Part shown: positions 53,335-62,922 of the stretch, one piece after another
Position numbering within the stretch: the first letter of the stretch is position 1
Layout: every line of letters begins with the position of its first letter
Assembly: GCA_964385615.1 (NCBI GenBank)
Contig: CAYLPP010000001.1
Coordinates: 38,220-101,184, forward strand
Direction: 5' to 3'
DNA: 62,965 nucleotides
Source: an uncultured bacterium
GTDB taxonomy: Bacteria > Omnitrophota > Omnitrophia > Omnitrophales > Aquincolibacteriaceae
The notes under the pieces: model-generated
The model's input: the letters and a program-made list of their open reading frames with translations, nothing else
What the model was told of the DNA's origin: nothing
Databases searched by the model: none
Translations under genes and position numbers: made by a program

Positions 53335-55002
53335 ATGGATTTTCTTCATTCACTAATCCCAACGGCTCCGGCCGCCGTAACTTCATTGATTCTGGCGCTG
53401 GTTATCGCTTCAGGCCTGGCTTTCGGCAATGTCCGTTTCTGGGGCATTCAGCTGGGAGTGGCGGGCGTGCTTTTTTCCGGCCTGGTCTTTGGGCATTTCA
53501 AGGCCCCCGCGGATGAACGTATTCTGGAATTCGCGCGCGAATTCGGCCTGATTCTTTTCGTCTACACCCTGGGAATGCAGGTCGGCCCTGCTTTTTTTGG
53601 TTCTCTGAAACGTGAAGGTCTGCGCCTCAATCTGGTCGCGGCTCTGATCGCCCTGGCCAGCGGAGCTATCGCCGTCACGTTCGCGAAATTCACTTCTATT
53701 CCTTTTCCTGTGATTGCCGGGATGCTTTCCGGCGCGACAACCAATACCCCCAGCCTGGCCGCGGCCCAGCAGGCACTTCAATCCGTGACCGGACTTCAAG
53801 GCGAAGTCATGAAACTGCCCGGACTGGGTTACGCCGTCTGTTATCCGTTCGGCATCCTCGGCATTATTCTAACCATGATCCTGATCCGCAAAATTTTCAC
53901 CGTTAAGCCGGAGCAGGAAGCAGCGGCTTACCTCACCCAGCATTCCAAGAACAAAGCCGGCGTGGAAACCATGAGCATCCGTATCGATAATGGAAATTTC
54001 GAGGGCTTGACGGTTTGCGAAGTTCCCCTTCTTTCAGACGGTCATCTGGTCATCTCCCGCGTTCTGCACCAGGGCGCGGTTGAAATTGCCACGCCTTCTA
54101 CCGTGCTTCATGAAAAAGACATTGTGCTGGCCGTGGGCCCGCGCGAAAAACTGGAAGCACTCAAGCTGATGCTGGGCAGCGCGGTCACTTTAGACTGGAA
54201 TAAATCCGATGAAACCATCATTTCCAAATGGGTAATGGTCACGCGCAAGGAAATCGCGGGAAAAACCCTGCAGGAACTGGATGTTTTTCTTTACGGCGTC
54301 GCGGTCACCCGTGTCAGCCGCGCGGAAATCGAAATGCCCGCCAATCCTGAAATTGAGCTGAACTACGCGGATGCTCTGCTGGCCATCGGCACCGCGGATG
54401 CCATTAAGAAATTCGCGGCCATCTGCGGTAACTCCACACGCGAACTGAACCACCCCGATCTGATTCCGGTGTTCCTTGGAATTTCCCTGGGCGTTCTTTT
54501 GGGCTCAATTCCCTTCCATTTTCCGGGCATGCCTTCCCCGCTCAAACTCGGCCTGGCTGGCGGTCCGCTGATAGTCGCGCTGATACTCAGCAAAATCGGG
54601 CGCGTCGGAAAACTCATCTGGTATATGCCGTTGGGAGCGAATTTGATGCTGAGAGAAATTGGAATCACCCTGTTCCTGGCCTGTGTGGGTCTGCGCTCAG
54701 GCGATAAGTTCCTGGAGATTCTCCTGCACGGTGAAGGGCTCACCTGGTTCGCCGCGGGAACAGTCATCACGTTTGTTCCGCTTTTTACCGCGGCACTGGC
54801 CGCAAGAATTTTCATGAAGATGAACTACTTGAGCCTTTGCGGTCTTCTGGCCGGAAGTATGACCGATCCTCCCGCCCTGGCATTCGCCAATCAGATCACG
54901 CCCTCAAGCGCGCAGGTCGTTTCTTACGCGTCTGTTTATCCTCTGGTCATGATTCTGCGCGTCCTGATCGCTCAGATCCTAGTCATGTTCCTTGCCCGCT
55001 AA
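53335..55002 (+). CDS. YidE/YbjL-type duplicated transporter (AAE family) with central RCK_C/TrkA_C domains
   Basis: Two homologous 5-6 TM halves (GI.LGV.G.L..GL..G / G..GGPLIVALIL) flank a ~200-aa soluble segment. Confidence 0.75.
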   Translation: MDFLHSLIPTAPAAVTSLILALVIASGLAFGNVRFWGIQLGVAGVLFSGLVFGHFKAPADERILEFAREFGLILFVYTLGMQVGPAFFGSLKREGLRLNLVAALIALASGAIAVTFAKFTSIPFPVIAGMLSGATTNTPSLAAAQQALQSVTGLQGEVMKLPGLGYAVCYPFGILGIILTMILIRKIFTVKPEQEAAAYLTQHSKNKAGVETMSIRIDNGNFEGLTVCEVPLLSDGHLVISRVLHQGAVEIATPSTVLHEKDIVLAVGPREKLEALKLMLGSAVTLDWNKSDETIISKWVMVTRKEIAGKTLQELDVFLYGVAVTRVSRAEIEMPANPEIELNYADALLAIGTADAIKKFAAICGNSTRELNHPDLIPVFLGISLGVLLGSIPFHFPGMPSPLKLGLAGGPLIVALILSKIGRVGKLIWYMPLGANLMLREIGITLFLACVGLRSGDKFLEILLHGEGLTWFAAGTVITFVPLFTAALAARIFMKMNYLSLCGLLAGSMTDPPALAFANQITPSSAQVVSYASVYPLVMILRVLIAQILVMFLAR

Positions 55003-55015
55003 ATAAGGCGGTTTG

Positions 55016-58000
55016 CTACAGACGCTGAAAATCGAAGGGGTCGGCGCCCAGCGTGCCGGTCATCTTCTGAAGGTATTCCGGGGATTGAGTTTCTTTAAGA
55101 CGGGTTTCGGCTTGACGTATTTTTTCAACTTCCGCTCCAGCTTGTTTTAAATCACTGACCGCGCGCGTCCAGAAACCGGCCTGCCTTTGCTGTAAGGCGC
55201 GCAGACGCGCGGCGTACCAACCGCTTTTCATGATTTCATCATAATCAAATAATCTTCGGACTTCGGGATCGGCCAGGGTTTTCCCCTGATAATTCCCCTC
55301 CGCCATGATATGAAGCAAGGCTTTGAGCGGAGGGCAAGCCGCGTTCACACTGCCGTCAGCAAAATAATGCCGGGCCACACGCCGGTAGGTTTCAAAAATA
55401 TTACGGACCCCGTCTTCAAACACCGCGGGATCCTGTTTTTCCGGCTGAAGCATCTCGCTGTCAAAAACAATGTCCGGGTTGTCAAAAATTCTTCCCAGGA
55501 AAGTGCGGACAAAACGGCGCGTGATCCGGTAGCCTAAAATATCCACCGGAGCTTTTTCCAAATAACCATTCTGAATCATAAAGGCGGGCGTCTGTTCGTC
55601 CGGACGCATACGCGACCAAATTTCAGGCACCAGCAAGCTGACGTCGTGATCCACCCGGTATTTCGGGCCCACGTAGCCCGCCGCGGAACTAAATCCATGT
55701 GAACGGGTTACCGCGAATGAAACAAAGGCGTTATTCAGATCCACAATCGGCCAAAGCGCGTTAAACGGGCCTTTCGTAAGAGCGCCTTCAGAACCAAAAC
55801 CGGTGGTTGAAGGCGATTTTCCCGTAAGTGAACAGATAAAATCCATAAATAACTCAGGCAATTCCTGGTAATGAATCGGATTGTAAACTGCCAGGGCTGG
55901 AACTCCGTTTTTAGGCTCAGGCGGATTGTTGCGCCGGCCGGGAAGCACCGCGTTAACCGGGAAATAAACCGGGTAATTTGACTGAACCTTACGGAAAAGC
56001 CGCGCACCGGCTTCCGCAAGATAGCCTTTCATGGGATTCACGCGGTCAGGTCTTTTCTGCAGATACCGGGGGTTCTTGGAAGGCTTGCCGTCAACCATGC
56101 GCGGATGCGCGGAAGAAACCACGTACCCCGTTTCGTTTCCATCCAGGTAATCAAGCAGATTTTTTTTCATCGGCTCGCTGAATTGATCAAACAAAATAGC
56201 ATCTTCCGTAATTTCACGGACTTTTTTACGGTCAAGCGGTTCAAAGTTGGAAATAAATGTGTTCTCTGTCGACAAATCGATTTCAGCCTGTTTGTCGTAA
56301 CCGCGGTGAATCGCGTCATCAGGCCTTTGAAAAAGGTAATTTTCACAGTTGTGAATGAATTTCACGGAAGGATTGGCGTACTCTAAGTTCAGCCCCTTGA
56401 GCTTTTTCACGGGAATAACAGCCGAAGCGGTAATGTCATCAGCGTACTGGATTTTTTCAGCCGCCGCGAAATCCTGCCTAACACGGAAAATACGCCACGC
56501 GCCGTCCGTCTGTCTGCCGACCCGCAGGTAATTGGCCGTAAGTTTCCGGCCGTGAAACCGGAGTTCATGCCCAGGATGGCCGTTGACAATATCAACCGAA
56601 AAATGCTTCTTCCAGTCCGAGCCCCATTCGGAGCGGTAAAAACGTTTGACCGTCAGCAGAATTTCCTTAATGTAGTCGGGAATCTGTTTCAGCCAGGCAT
56701 TGAAATCATCCGTGTATTCCGCTGAAACCGTGAACAATTTAATCACGGAACCCAACGAGCGGTCTTTGGAAAGCACCGTACGGCTGGGGCGCTTGGGGTC
56801 AAACTCCGGTTTGAAACGCCCGCTGTAATCGCGCTCCAGAAGTTCCTGGACCCGGCGCATATCCTCGTGAAAATCCGCGACAAACACGGAACCTTGAATC
56901 ATCGCATCTACAATCGACTTGGAAATCTCCGACTTGCCCCCGCCTGAAACCGTGCAGGGTTTATGGCAGAGCACGCCGTCAGCCACCACTCCGATTAAAT
57001 GCCAAGCGTGGCCGCCCGTCTGTTTCTTAATGTAAACTTTGTAGCCGGAGGGTAAAACGTAAGTGCATCCGGCCAGCAGGCGAATCTGCGAATGCCCCTC
57101 ACCGCCGGGCTTGGGCCAGACAATCCGTGATTCCATTAAATTGAATTCCGCGGTTTCCGGAACATAAAAAATCTCAGGGTAATTTTTGTCGACGGCGTAA
57201 CCTTCGGGGCGGGATTCAATCCGGCCGTCCATCAAACGAAGAGTGTCGGCGAAAGTATTTTCACTGCGCGCCCAAAATTTGCTGAGCGAAAACTGCTCGC
57301 CCAGATCATAAGAAGCAAACGCAAGCGCGCCGCCGGAATGCTCTTCTTCAGCAAGACCGAAAAGGTTAGCCGAATAACTGATCTGGGTTTTGACTTCTTT
57401 TTTGCAGTAACCGAAATAATTATCCGCGATAACCGTGACAATCACACCCCGCATATCACGGCAGGTGATCTTAAACGCGTTGCCGTTATTGTAGAGCTCA
57501 TCTTCGGATTTCCAGCACATACTGTCACGGCGCTGGCGTTCAGTCGCTTTGTCCCAAGCCGGAAGACCCAGTTCCTTTTTCTTCAGCCGGATCAAATGAG
57601 GGGCAAGAATGACACAGCCGGTGTGACCGGTCCAATGCTCCGGATCCAGCGCGGAATCATTTCCCGGGAGATTTGGATCTCCCCCGTTGCCGAAAATGGA
57701 CTCCACAAAATCGAGATTCCCCACCAGATTACCCGGCGCGAAAAAGCGGACTTCCATGCGCTTTTCCGTCAGCACACCTTTAATTTCAGGGCAAACAACC
57801 GGTTTTAGAAGGAGCGAAACAAAACATTCCACGCTTTCGGATTTTTCGGAAGTAAAAGGAAGTTTCATCAGGCTGACCGGCGGATGAAACGCGGCTTTAA
57901 GAAGCTCCTCAAAAACGCTCGCGGGCACGGCAAGCTTATCGTCAGGGATCGGCAGACCGCCCTCAGCAATATGGAAAACGCCCTGCGTGGTGCGCCGATC

Positions 58001-58240
58001 GTTTTTAGGATTGTGCAAAACGCCCTGGTGAAGCCGGTAAGTCGTGACAATATCGGATTTGAAAAGATTCCCGTCCTGAGGAAGTGAAAGCTCACGGGCT
58101 TGCCCCGGACGGTTAAGCACGAGCGTTCCGGAAGGCAGGGAGATTTTTTCAGCACCCGTCTTCTTCAGATAACCATTCAGGAAATCTTCGATACGGCGGT
58201 CGGCTGGGCAGACTGTGTCTTTTTTCTGGAGTGTTATCAT
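55016..58240 (-). CDS. Large (1,074 aa) soluble conserved protein of unknown function. Possibly a PPi-type PEP carboxykinase family member (unverified).
   Basis: Long clean ORF with no TM or signal. Contains a P-loop-like SGGGKSEISKS. The size class is similar to the ~130-kDa PPi-PEPCKs, but I cannot recall diagnostic motifs. Confidence 0.3.
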   Translation of the reverse strand: MITLQKKDTVCPADRRIEDFLNGYLKKTGAEKISLPSGTLVLNRPGQARELSLPQDGNLFKSDIVTTYRLHQGVLHNPKNDRRTTQGVFHIAEGGLPIPDDKLAVPASVFEELLKAAFHPPVSLMKLPFTSEKSESVECFVSLLLKPVVCPEIKGVLTEKRMEVRFFAPGNLVGNLDFVESIFGNGGDPNLPGNDSALDPEHWTGHTGCVILAPHLIRLKKKELGLPAWDKATERQRRDSMCWKSEDELYNNGNAFKITCRDMRGVIVTVIADNYFGYCKKEVKTQISYSANLFGLAEEEHSGGALAFASYDLGEQFSLSKFWARSENTFADTLRLMDGRIESRPEGYAVDKNYPEIFYVPETAEFNLMESRIVWPKPGGEGHSQIRLLAGCTYVLPSGYKVYIKKQTGGHAWHLIGVVADGVLCHKPCTVSGGGKSEISKSIVDAMIQGSVFVADFHEDMRRVQELLERDYSGRFKPEFDPKRPSRTVLSKDRSLGSVIKLFTVSAEYTDDFNAWLKQIPDYIKEILLTVKRFYRSEWGSDWKKHFSVDIVNGHPGHELRFHGRKLTANYLRVGRQTDGAWRIFRVRQDFAAAEKIQYADDITASAVIPVKKLKGLNLEYANPSVKFIHNCENYLFQRPDDAIHRGYDKQAEIDLSTENTFISNFEPLDRKKVREITEDAILFDQFSEPMKKNLLDYLDGNETGYVVSSAHPRMVDGKPSKNPRYLQKRPDRVNPMKGYLAEAGARLFRKVQSNYPVYFPVNAVLPGRRNNPPEPKNGVPALAVYNPIHYQELPELFMDFICSLTGKSPSTTGFGSEGALTKGPFNALWPIVDLNNAFVSFAVTRSHGFSSAAGYVGPKYRVDHDVSLLVPEIWSRMRPDEQTPAFMIQNGYLEKAPVDILGYRITRRFVRTFLGRIFDNPDIVFDSEMLQPEKQDPAVFEDGVRNIFETYRRVARHYFADGSVNAACPPLKALLHIMAEGNYQGKTLADPEVRRLFDYDEIMKSGWYAARLRALQQRQAGFWTRAVSDLKQAGAEVEKIRQAETRLKETQSPEYLQKMTGTLGADPFDFQRL

Positions 58241-58311
58241 GGCTTTCCCGTCAAACGGAATTTCTAAAGGAGAAGTATAAACCTGTAAGGATTTTCTGAG
58301 AAGCCGTTTTT

Positions 58312-59424
58312 TTACGCTTTATCCACCGGAAAACGCAGATGGCTCCGGGAAGGAAACAGACGGTCGCGCAGTTTGAGCATCGGGTATTCAATGATTTTCG
58401 ACATAACCATTCCAACGCAAATCGACCCGGCTAAATACACCGCCATACACACCCCCCAGTGCTCAGCCGGGGAAAAAAAACGAAGAGCGAACCACTCCAG
58501 CACCGCGATATGCCATAAATAAATCGAATAGGAATGCCGGCCGACCGCGGCCAGGGCGTTGGTAAACCCATTCTCAGGGAAAGCAGCTCCCAGAGTCCCC
58601 AGCAAAACAAGTCCGCCGCCCAGGTAGAAAAGAGTGAATCCAAAAGTCACGATAAACGGATATTCCGCTCTTTCATAAAGAAAAGCCGGCACGAATAAAA
58701 GTACGCCTGCCGCGATCATCAGGTACCTGAAGCGGGCAATCACGGCTTCTAACTGTGAGTGTTTGAAATAGTATAAATACGAAAGAAAAACTCCGAAGAA
58801 AAGTGAATCCAGTCTTAAATGAAACGGAAAAAGATGCGTTCTGAAGTGGTAGGGGTGCATCCAACTGGTCAGGATACGGGCACCAAGGCATGAGAAGGCC
58901 ACGACCAGAAAAACTGACGGAATCCAGCGGAAAGGTTTCTCCGCGGACTTGTCCGCCCGCGCGAATATAAAGAAAAGCGCCGGCAGGAAAAGATAAAACT
59001 GTTCTTCAACGGCAAGAGACCAGGTCTGCCCGCACATACCCGGGAAATAATCTTGAAGGAAGAACAATTCAGAAAACAGGCGGGCATGATTGATTTCCCA
59101 GCCTTTGAGCGCCCCAAATGCCAGCATGAATAAAATCAGCGCGTAAAAAGGCGGATAGATCTTAAATCCTCGCCGGATAAAGAAGCGCTTGAACGAGATC
59201 GAACCGAATTTCTGATGCTCTTTGAACAAAAGTCCGGAGATTAAAAACCCGCTTAGAACGAAAAACAGGTCAACGCCGACCCAACCGCCTAAAAACCATG
59301 GCCCTATCATTTTATTTAAAAAGGAAGCCGAGCCGGTTTCGGGGTGTGGGAGGAGATGGTTTCCGAGGACGAGAAAAATGGCAACGGCCCGCAGAATATC
59401 AAGAGACTTGGATCTGGTTTCCAA
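58312..59424 (-). CDS. Acyltransferase family 3 (OafA/NolL-like O-acyltransferase), copy 1
   Basis: Ten-TM protein. LDILRAVAIFLV..NH and VDLFFVLSGFLISG motifs. About 65% identical to 60595-61686. Confidence 0.8.
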   Translation of the reverse strand: METRSKSLDILRAVAIFLVLGNHLLPHPETGSASFLNKMIGPWFLGGWVGVDLFFVLSGFLISGLLFKEHQKFGSISFKRFFIRRGFKIYPPFYALILFMLAFGALKGWEINHARLFSELFFLQDYFPGMCGQTWSLAVEEQFYLFLPALFFIFARADKSAEKPFRWIPSVFLVVAFSCLGARILTSWMHPYHFRTHLFPFHLRLDSLFFGVFLSYLYYFKHSQLEAVIARFRYLMIAAGVLLFVPAFLYERAEYPFIVTFGFTLFYLGGGLVLLGTLGAAFPENGFTNALAAVGRHSYSIYLWHIAVLEWFALRFFSPAEHWGVCMAVYLAGSICVGMVMSKIIEYPMLKLRDRLFPSRSHLRFPVDKA

Positions 59425-59460
59425 TTTAGACTGAAACTCCGGGTTAAAGAAACTACTTTT

Positions 59461-60102
59461 TTAAAGTATAGCTGATGAGGGGGCTTTTTTCATGCTCTCA
59501 AGCAAGGCACGGAACTTCACGAAGGTCTTGAAAGGAATCGGCACGACAAAGCGGTTCATCATGGCGGGAGGAATGTAACCGCCCGGAGCCGTATGCGTGC
59601 GGTAGTTTACGAGAGTCCGGCCGCCGGGCAGAGGGGTAAAGCGCCATTCCGCGTCAAGGTAAACGACCCGGACCCGGCCTTTACGCCATGTATAAATATC
59701 CGGCTGGGAGTGAAGTGTATAAACCACAGCTCCAGTGGAAGAATCCAGGGATTTGATCCGGCGGTAAACACCGTCTCGGGGGAAAAAGGGCCACGGCAAT
59801 TCAACCGCGAAATAAATCAAACTCTCAACGTTGGAAACCTGTTCAACCAGCTGGGTTTCAAGGCACCGGTGAAACCATTTAGGAATCAGATCAACTCGTT
59901 CATAAAGAAGCACAGCATCTTCAATAGAAGCTTCAAGGGTGGTTTCCGCGCGGAATTCCAGGATCGGAGAGCCTTCAACCGGGCGGGTATAAATCCGGAT
60001 CCCCTGCTCGTCTTTCTGCAGATGCCAGGGCTGTTCGGCTCCAAGCGCAGTCCCGCAAAGCAGAACGCACACAGTTACCAGCACCCCATATTTTTTCATC
60101 AC
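59461..60102 (-). CDS. Secreted START/SRPBCC domain protein, copy 2
   Basis: Signal peptide plus EQPWHLQKDEQGIRIYTRPVEGSPILEFRA. Collinear with 467-1093. Confidence 0.6.
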   Translation of the reverse strand: MMKKYGVLVTVCVLLCGTALGAEQPWHLQKDEQGIRIYTRPVEGSPILEFRAETTLEASIEDAVLLYERVDLIPKWFHRCLETQLVEQVSNVESLIYFAVELPWPFFPRDGVYRRIKSLDSSTGAVVYTLHSQPDIYTWRKGRVRVVYLDAEWRFTPLPGGRTLVNYRTHTAPGGYIPPAMMNRFVVPIPFKTFVKFRALLESMKKAPSSAIL

Positions 60103-60117
60103 GGCTCCGCACCCACT

Positions 60118-60150
60118 AAAAAAAAAGCCTATGCGCGGACACGCATAAGC
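60118..60150 (-). terminator. Second rho-independent terminator downstream of csp
   Basis: Minus strand: GCUUAUGCG-UGUCCG-CGCAUAGGC followed by U9. Confidence 0.6.
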
Positions 60151-60173
60151 AGATCACTTTCAGTATTTTGGAC

Positions 60174-60202
60174 AAAAAAATAGCGGGGCTTTTAGGCCCC
60201 GC
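60174..60202 (-). terminator. Rho-independent terminator of csp
   Basis: Minus strand: GCGGGGC-CUAAAA-GCCCCGC followed by UAUUUUUUU. Confidence 0.7.
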
Positions 60203-60209
60203 CATTTAT

Positions 60210-60413
60210 TTACATCTTTACCAGATTTGAGGCTTGATCACCTTTGGGACCCTGAGTCACTTCAAACTGGACTTTCTGGCCCTCATCAAGAGACTTGTAG
60301 CCCGTTCCCTGGATCGCGGTGTGATGCACGAAGACATCTTTTCCACCATTATCACGGGTCACGAAACCATAGCCCTTGGCATTGTCAAACCACTTTACAG
60401 TACCTGTTTCCAT
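60210..60413 (-). CDS. cspA: Cold-shock protein (CspA family)
   Basis: [15 protein letters not shown] (RNP1) and VFVHHTAI (RNP2). 67 aa. Confidence 0.9.
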   Translation of the reverse strand: METGTVKWFDNAKGYGFVTRDNGGKDVFVHHTAIQGTGYKSLDEGQKVQFEVTQGPKGDQASNLVKM

Positions 60414-60535
60414 AATTATTTTTCCTCCTTTCGAAAAATCGCACTATGAACTTATGCCCATAGGGAGTAACAGCTGAGAAATTTCCGAAGGAGAACTAGT
60501 CAATCGTAGATTTGCACGGCGGATAACTGGGTTGC

Positions 60536-60564
60536 ATAATGGGGCCTGACGCCCAGAATGTCAA
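60536..60564 (-). promoter_or_regulatory. Sigma70-type promoter of csp (TTGACA-17 nt-CATTAT) giving a ~115-nt 5' UTR
   Basis: Hexamers and spacer counted on the minus strand. A long leader is typical of csp mRNAs. Confidence 0.5.
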
Positions 60565-60594
60565 CATTTATTATCTTTCCCCTATACAAATTGG

Positions 60595-61686
60595 CTAAGA
60601 AACGGCCGGAAGCCGGGAAGGATAAAGCCGATTCCGCACTTTCAGCATGGGGTATTCAATAAGCTTCGAGGTAAGAATCCCCACCAGAAGGGCCCCGGCC
60701 AGATAGGTCAAAGCGTACATTTCCCATTGATGGGAAGGTGAAAACAGGCGTTTGGCAACCCTCTCCACCGCCGTATGCCATAAATAAATCGAGTAGGAGT
60801 AGCGCCCGATCGCCGCCAGCAGTCCCGCGAACCAGTGGTCTCTCCCCTGACTTTCCAGGCAAGCGATGAGAATCATTCCGCCGGCAAGATAAAAACAGGT
60901 AAATCCTAACGTCGGGATGAACGGATAACTCTCCCGGGAAAATAAAAAGGCAGGCACCAGAAGAATCACGCCCCCGCCAAGCAGAAAAGGTTTAAACCGG
61001 TTCGCGAAAGCCGTAATCCGGACAGGCTGATAATGATAAAAATAGGAAATTAAAACTCCAAAGAAAAGCGAGTCGGCCCGTAAATGAAACGGGAAAAGAT
61101 GGGTCCGGATTCCGTAAGGCACCGACAGACTGGTAAAAATCCGGGCTGTGAGGCAAAAAATCCCCACCAGAATGGAAATAAGCGGTATCCAGCGGAATGG
61201 CTCTTTTTGGCCCCGGCCGGCCCAAATCAGAAAAATCAACAGCGCGGGAAGCAGAAGATAAAATTGTTCTTCGACCGCCAGAGACCAGGTGTGGCCCCAG
61301 AAAACCGGCAGGTAATCCTGAAGGAAAAATAATTCTGAAAAAAGCCAGGGGTGAAAAATGCCGTGTCCCCGAACCAGCTCATAGAGAATCGTCGCGAAAA
61401 TAAAAACATAAAACGGCGGATAAATTTTAAACCCGCGCCGGATAAAAAACCGTTTAAATGAAATAGAACCGAATTTCTGATGCTCTTTAAACAAAAGCCC
61501 TGAGATCAAAAAACCGCTTAAAACAAAAAACAGGTCTACCCCCACCCATCCGCCGCGGATCCAAGCATCAATCATCCAGTCAAAGAAGCGGGTCCGTCCC
61601 GGAAACGGGGCAATGTGATTGCCGATAACAAGAAAGATGGCAACGGCGCGCAAAATATCAAGAGGTGCTAATCTGGATTCCCGCAT
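60595..61686 (-). CDS. Acyltransferase family 3, copy 2
   Basis: Shares a 48-aa identical run, GGWVGVDLFFVLSGFLISGLLFKEHQKFGSISFKRFFIRRGFKIYPPF, with copy 1. Confidence 0.8.
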   Translation of the reverse strand: MRESRLAPLDILRAVAIFLVIGNHIAPFPGRTRFFDWMIDAWIRGGWVGVDLFFVLSGFLISGLLFKEHQKFGSISFKRFFIRRGFKIYPPFYVFIFATILYELVRGHGIFHPWLFSELFFLQDYLPVFWGHTWSLAVEEQFYLLLPALLIFLIWAGRGQKEPFRWIPLISILVGIFCLTARIFTSLSVPYGIRTHLFPFHLRADSLFFGVLISYFYHYQPVRITAFANRFKPFLLGGGVILLVPAFLFSRESYPFIPTLGFTCFYLAGGMILIACLESQGRDHWFAGLLAAIGRYSYSIYLWHTAVERVAKRLFSPSHQWEMYALTYLAGALLVGILTSKLIEYPMLKVRNRLYPSRLPAVS

Positions 61687-61699
61687 AATTTCTTCTGAT

Positions 61700-62878
61700 T
61701 CAGCTTTCCGTTTTTCCGCGGCAGCCTATACGGCTGAGCAATTCGGCGGCGGCGCGGCGATGGTCCGTAATTTTGACCCCGATTAAATGATAAACCCCGT
61801 CCGAACTCTTTTGAATCACGTGTTCCCGTGAAATCTCATGCGGGGTCAAGGACTGCGCAGGTTTCGCGAGCGGACGTATCCCGCAATCCCGGGCAATAAT
61901 ATCCTGCCGGCTTAAAGAAATGCCAGGGAAAAGTCTCGTCAGCTCTTTTAACAAATAATCGATCTCCGCTTCACTCACCCGGGTATTTTCAGGATCAGGC
62001 TCCGGCCGTTCTGTGGTTCCAACCCGGGAAATTCCGTTTTTATTGATAACGAAAAAAAGACGCCCATCTTCCGCCTCAAGCGCCATCGATTGATTAATGA
62101 ATTGTTTAAACTCAAGATGCGATCCTGCGACCGGAACTACCATGTCTTCATGATTCCCCGGCTGAAGCGCGCGCCGGGTTTCGTCGGCCCAGGGCCCCGT
62201 CGCGTTTACAACCACCCGGGCGGAAAAAGATTTCGTTCCCGCGTTTATGACCGTTTGTATTTTATAAATATCTCCGGTCTTTTCACAGGCTGAGACTTTC
62301 GCGCGCTCAAAACATTGCGCGCCTTTTTGAACCGCGGATTGAATCACAGCATTTACAAGAGCGTGATCATCCGCCGTGTGGTCCCAAAGAATGACTCCGC
62401 CGGAAAGCCCCTCGGGTAAAAGCTGAGGGATTTCTTTCAGAACCGCCTGCCGGCTCCAGAGAATTTTGGGGAAACGGGATCCCGACAGAATCTTTCCAAG
62501 AAATCCGTAGAAGATGCACCCCAAAACCATTAGAGAATGATTCCGTTTCCGGGACGGATAAAAAGGAACAACCATGGAGATAGGTTTTACAAGTTCGGGA
62601 AACGCGCGGGCCAGCGTCTTACTTTCACGGAGAGAAGAACAAACAAAAGCAAAGTTTTTCCAGGCGTCTTTAAACCGGCCCTTTTCCATCGCGAACCAGG
62701 CCGTTTCAAGATAACGCAAACCGCCGTGAATCAGCTTGGAGCTTTTGGAGCTGGTTGCCGAACCAAACGTATTTTTCTCAAAAAGAATAACGCTCAGCCC
62801 CCGGGAGGACGCTTCTCTCGCGGTCGAGGCTCCCGCTATTCCTCCGCCAATAACCGCAATATCGAATGTGTTTTCCAT
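61700..62878 (-). CDS. FAD-dependent oxidoreductase (short GlpD/GlpA-like glycerol-3-phosphate dehydrogenase family)
   Basis: DIAVIGGGIAGASTAREASSRGLSVILFEK dinucleotide fold plus SSKSSKLIHGGLRYLE, typical of GlpD. Confidence 0.7.
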   Translation of the reverse strand: MENTFDIAVIGGGIAGASTAREASSRGLSVILFEKNTFGSATSSKSSKLIHGGLRYLETAWFAMEKGRFKDAWKNFAFVCSSLRESKTLARAFPELVKPISMVVPFYPSRKRNHSLMVLGCIFYGFLGKILSGSRFPKILWSRQAVLKEIPQLLPEGLSGGVILWDHTADDHALVNAVIQSAVQKGAQCFERAKVSACEKTGDIYKIQTVINAGTKSFSARVVVNATGPWADETRRALQPGNHEDMVVPVAGSHLEFKQFINQSMALEAEDGRLFFVINKNGISRVGTTERPEPDPENTRVSEAEIDYLLKELTRLFPGISLSRQDIIARDCGIRPLAKPAQSLTPHEISREHVIQKSSDGVYHLIGVKITDHRRAAAELLSRIGCRGKTES

Positions 62879-62922
62879 GAAGCAATTATCGGCAGGTTAA
62901 GCCTGAAAATTCGGGTAGAAAA

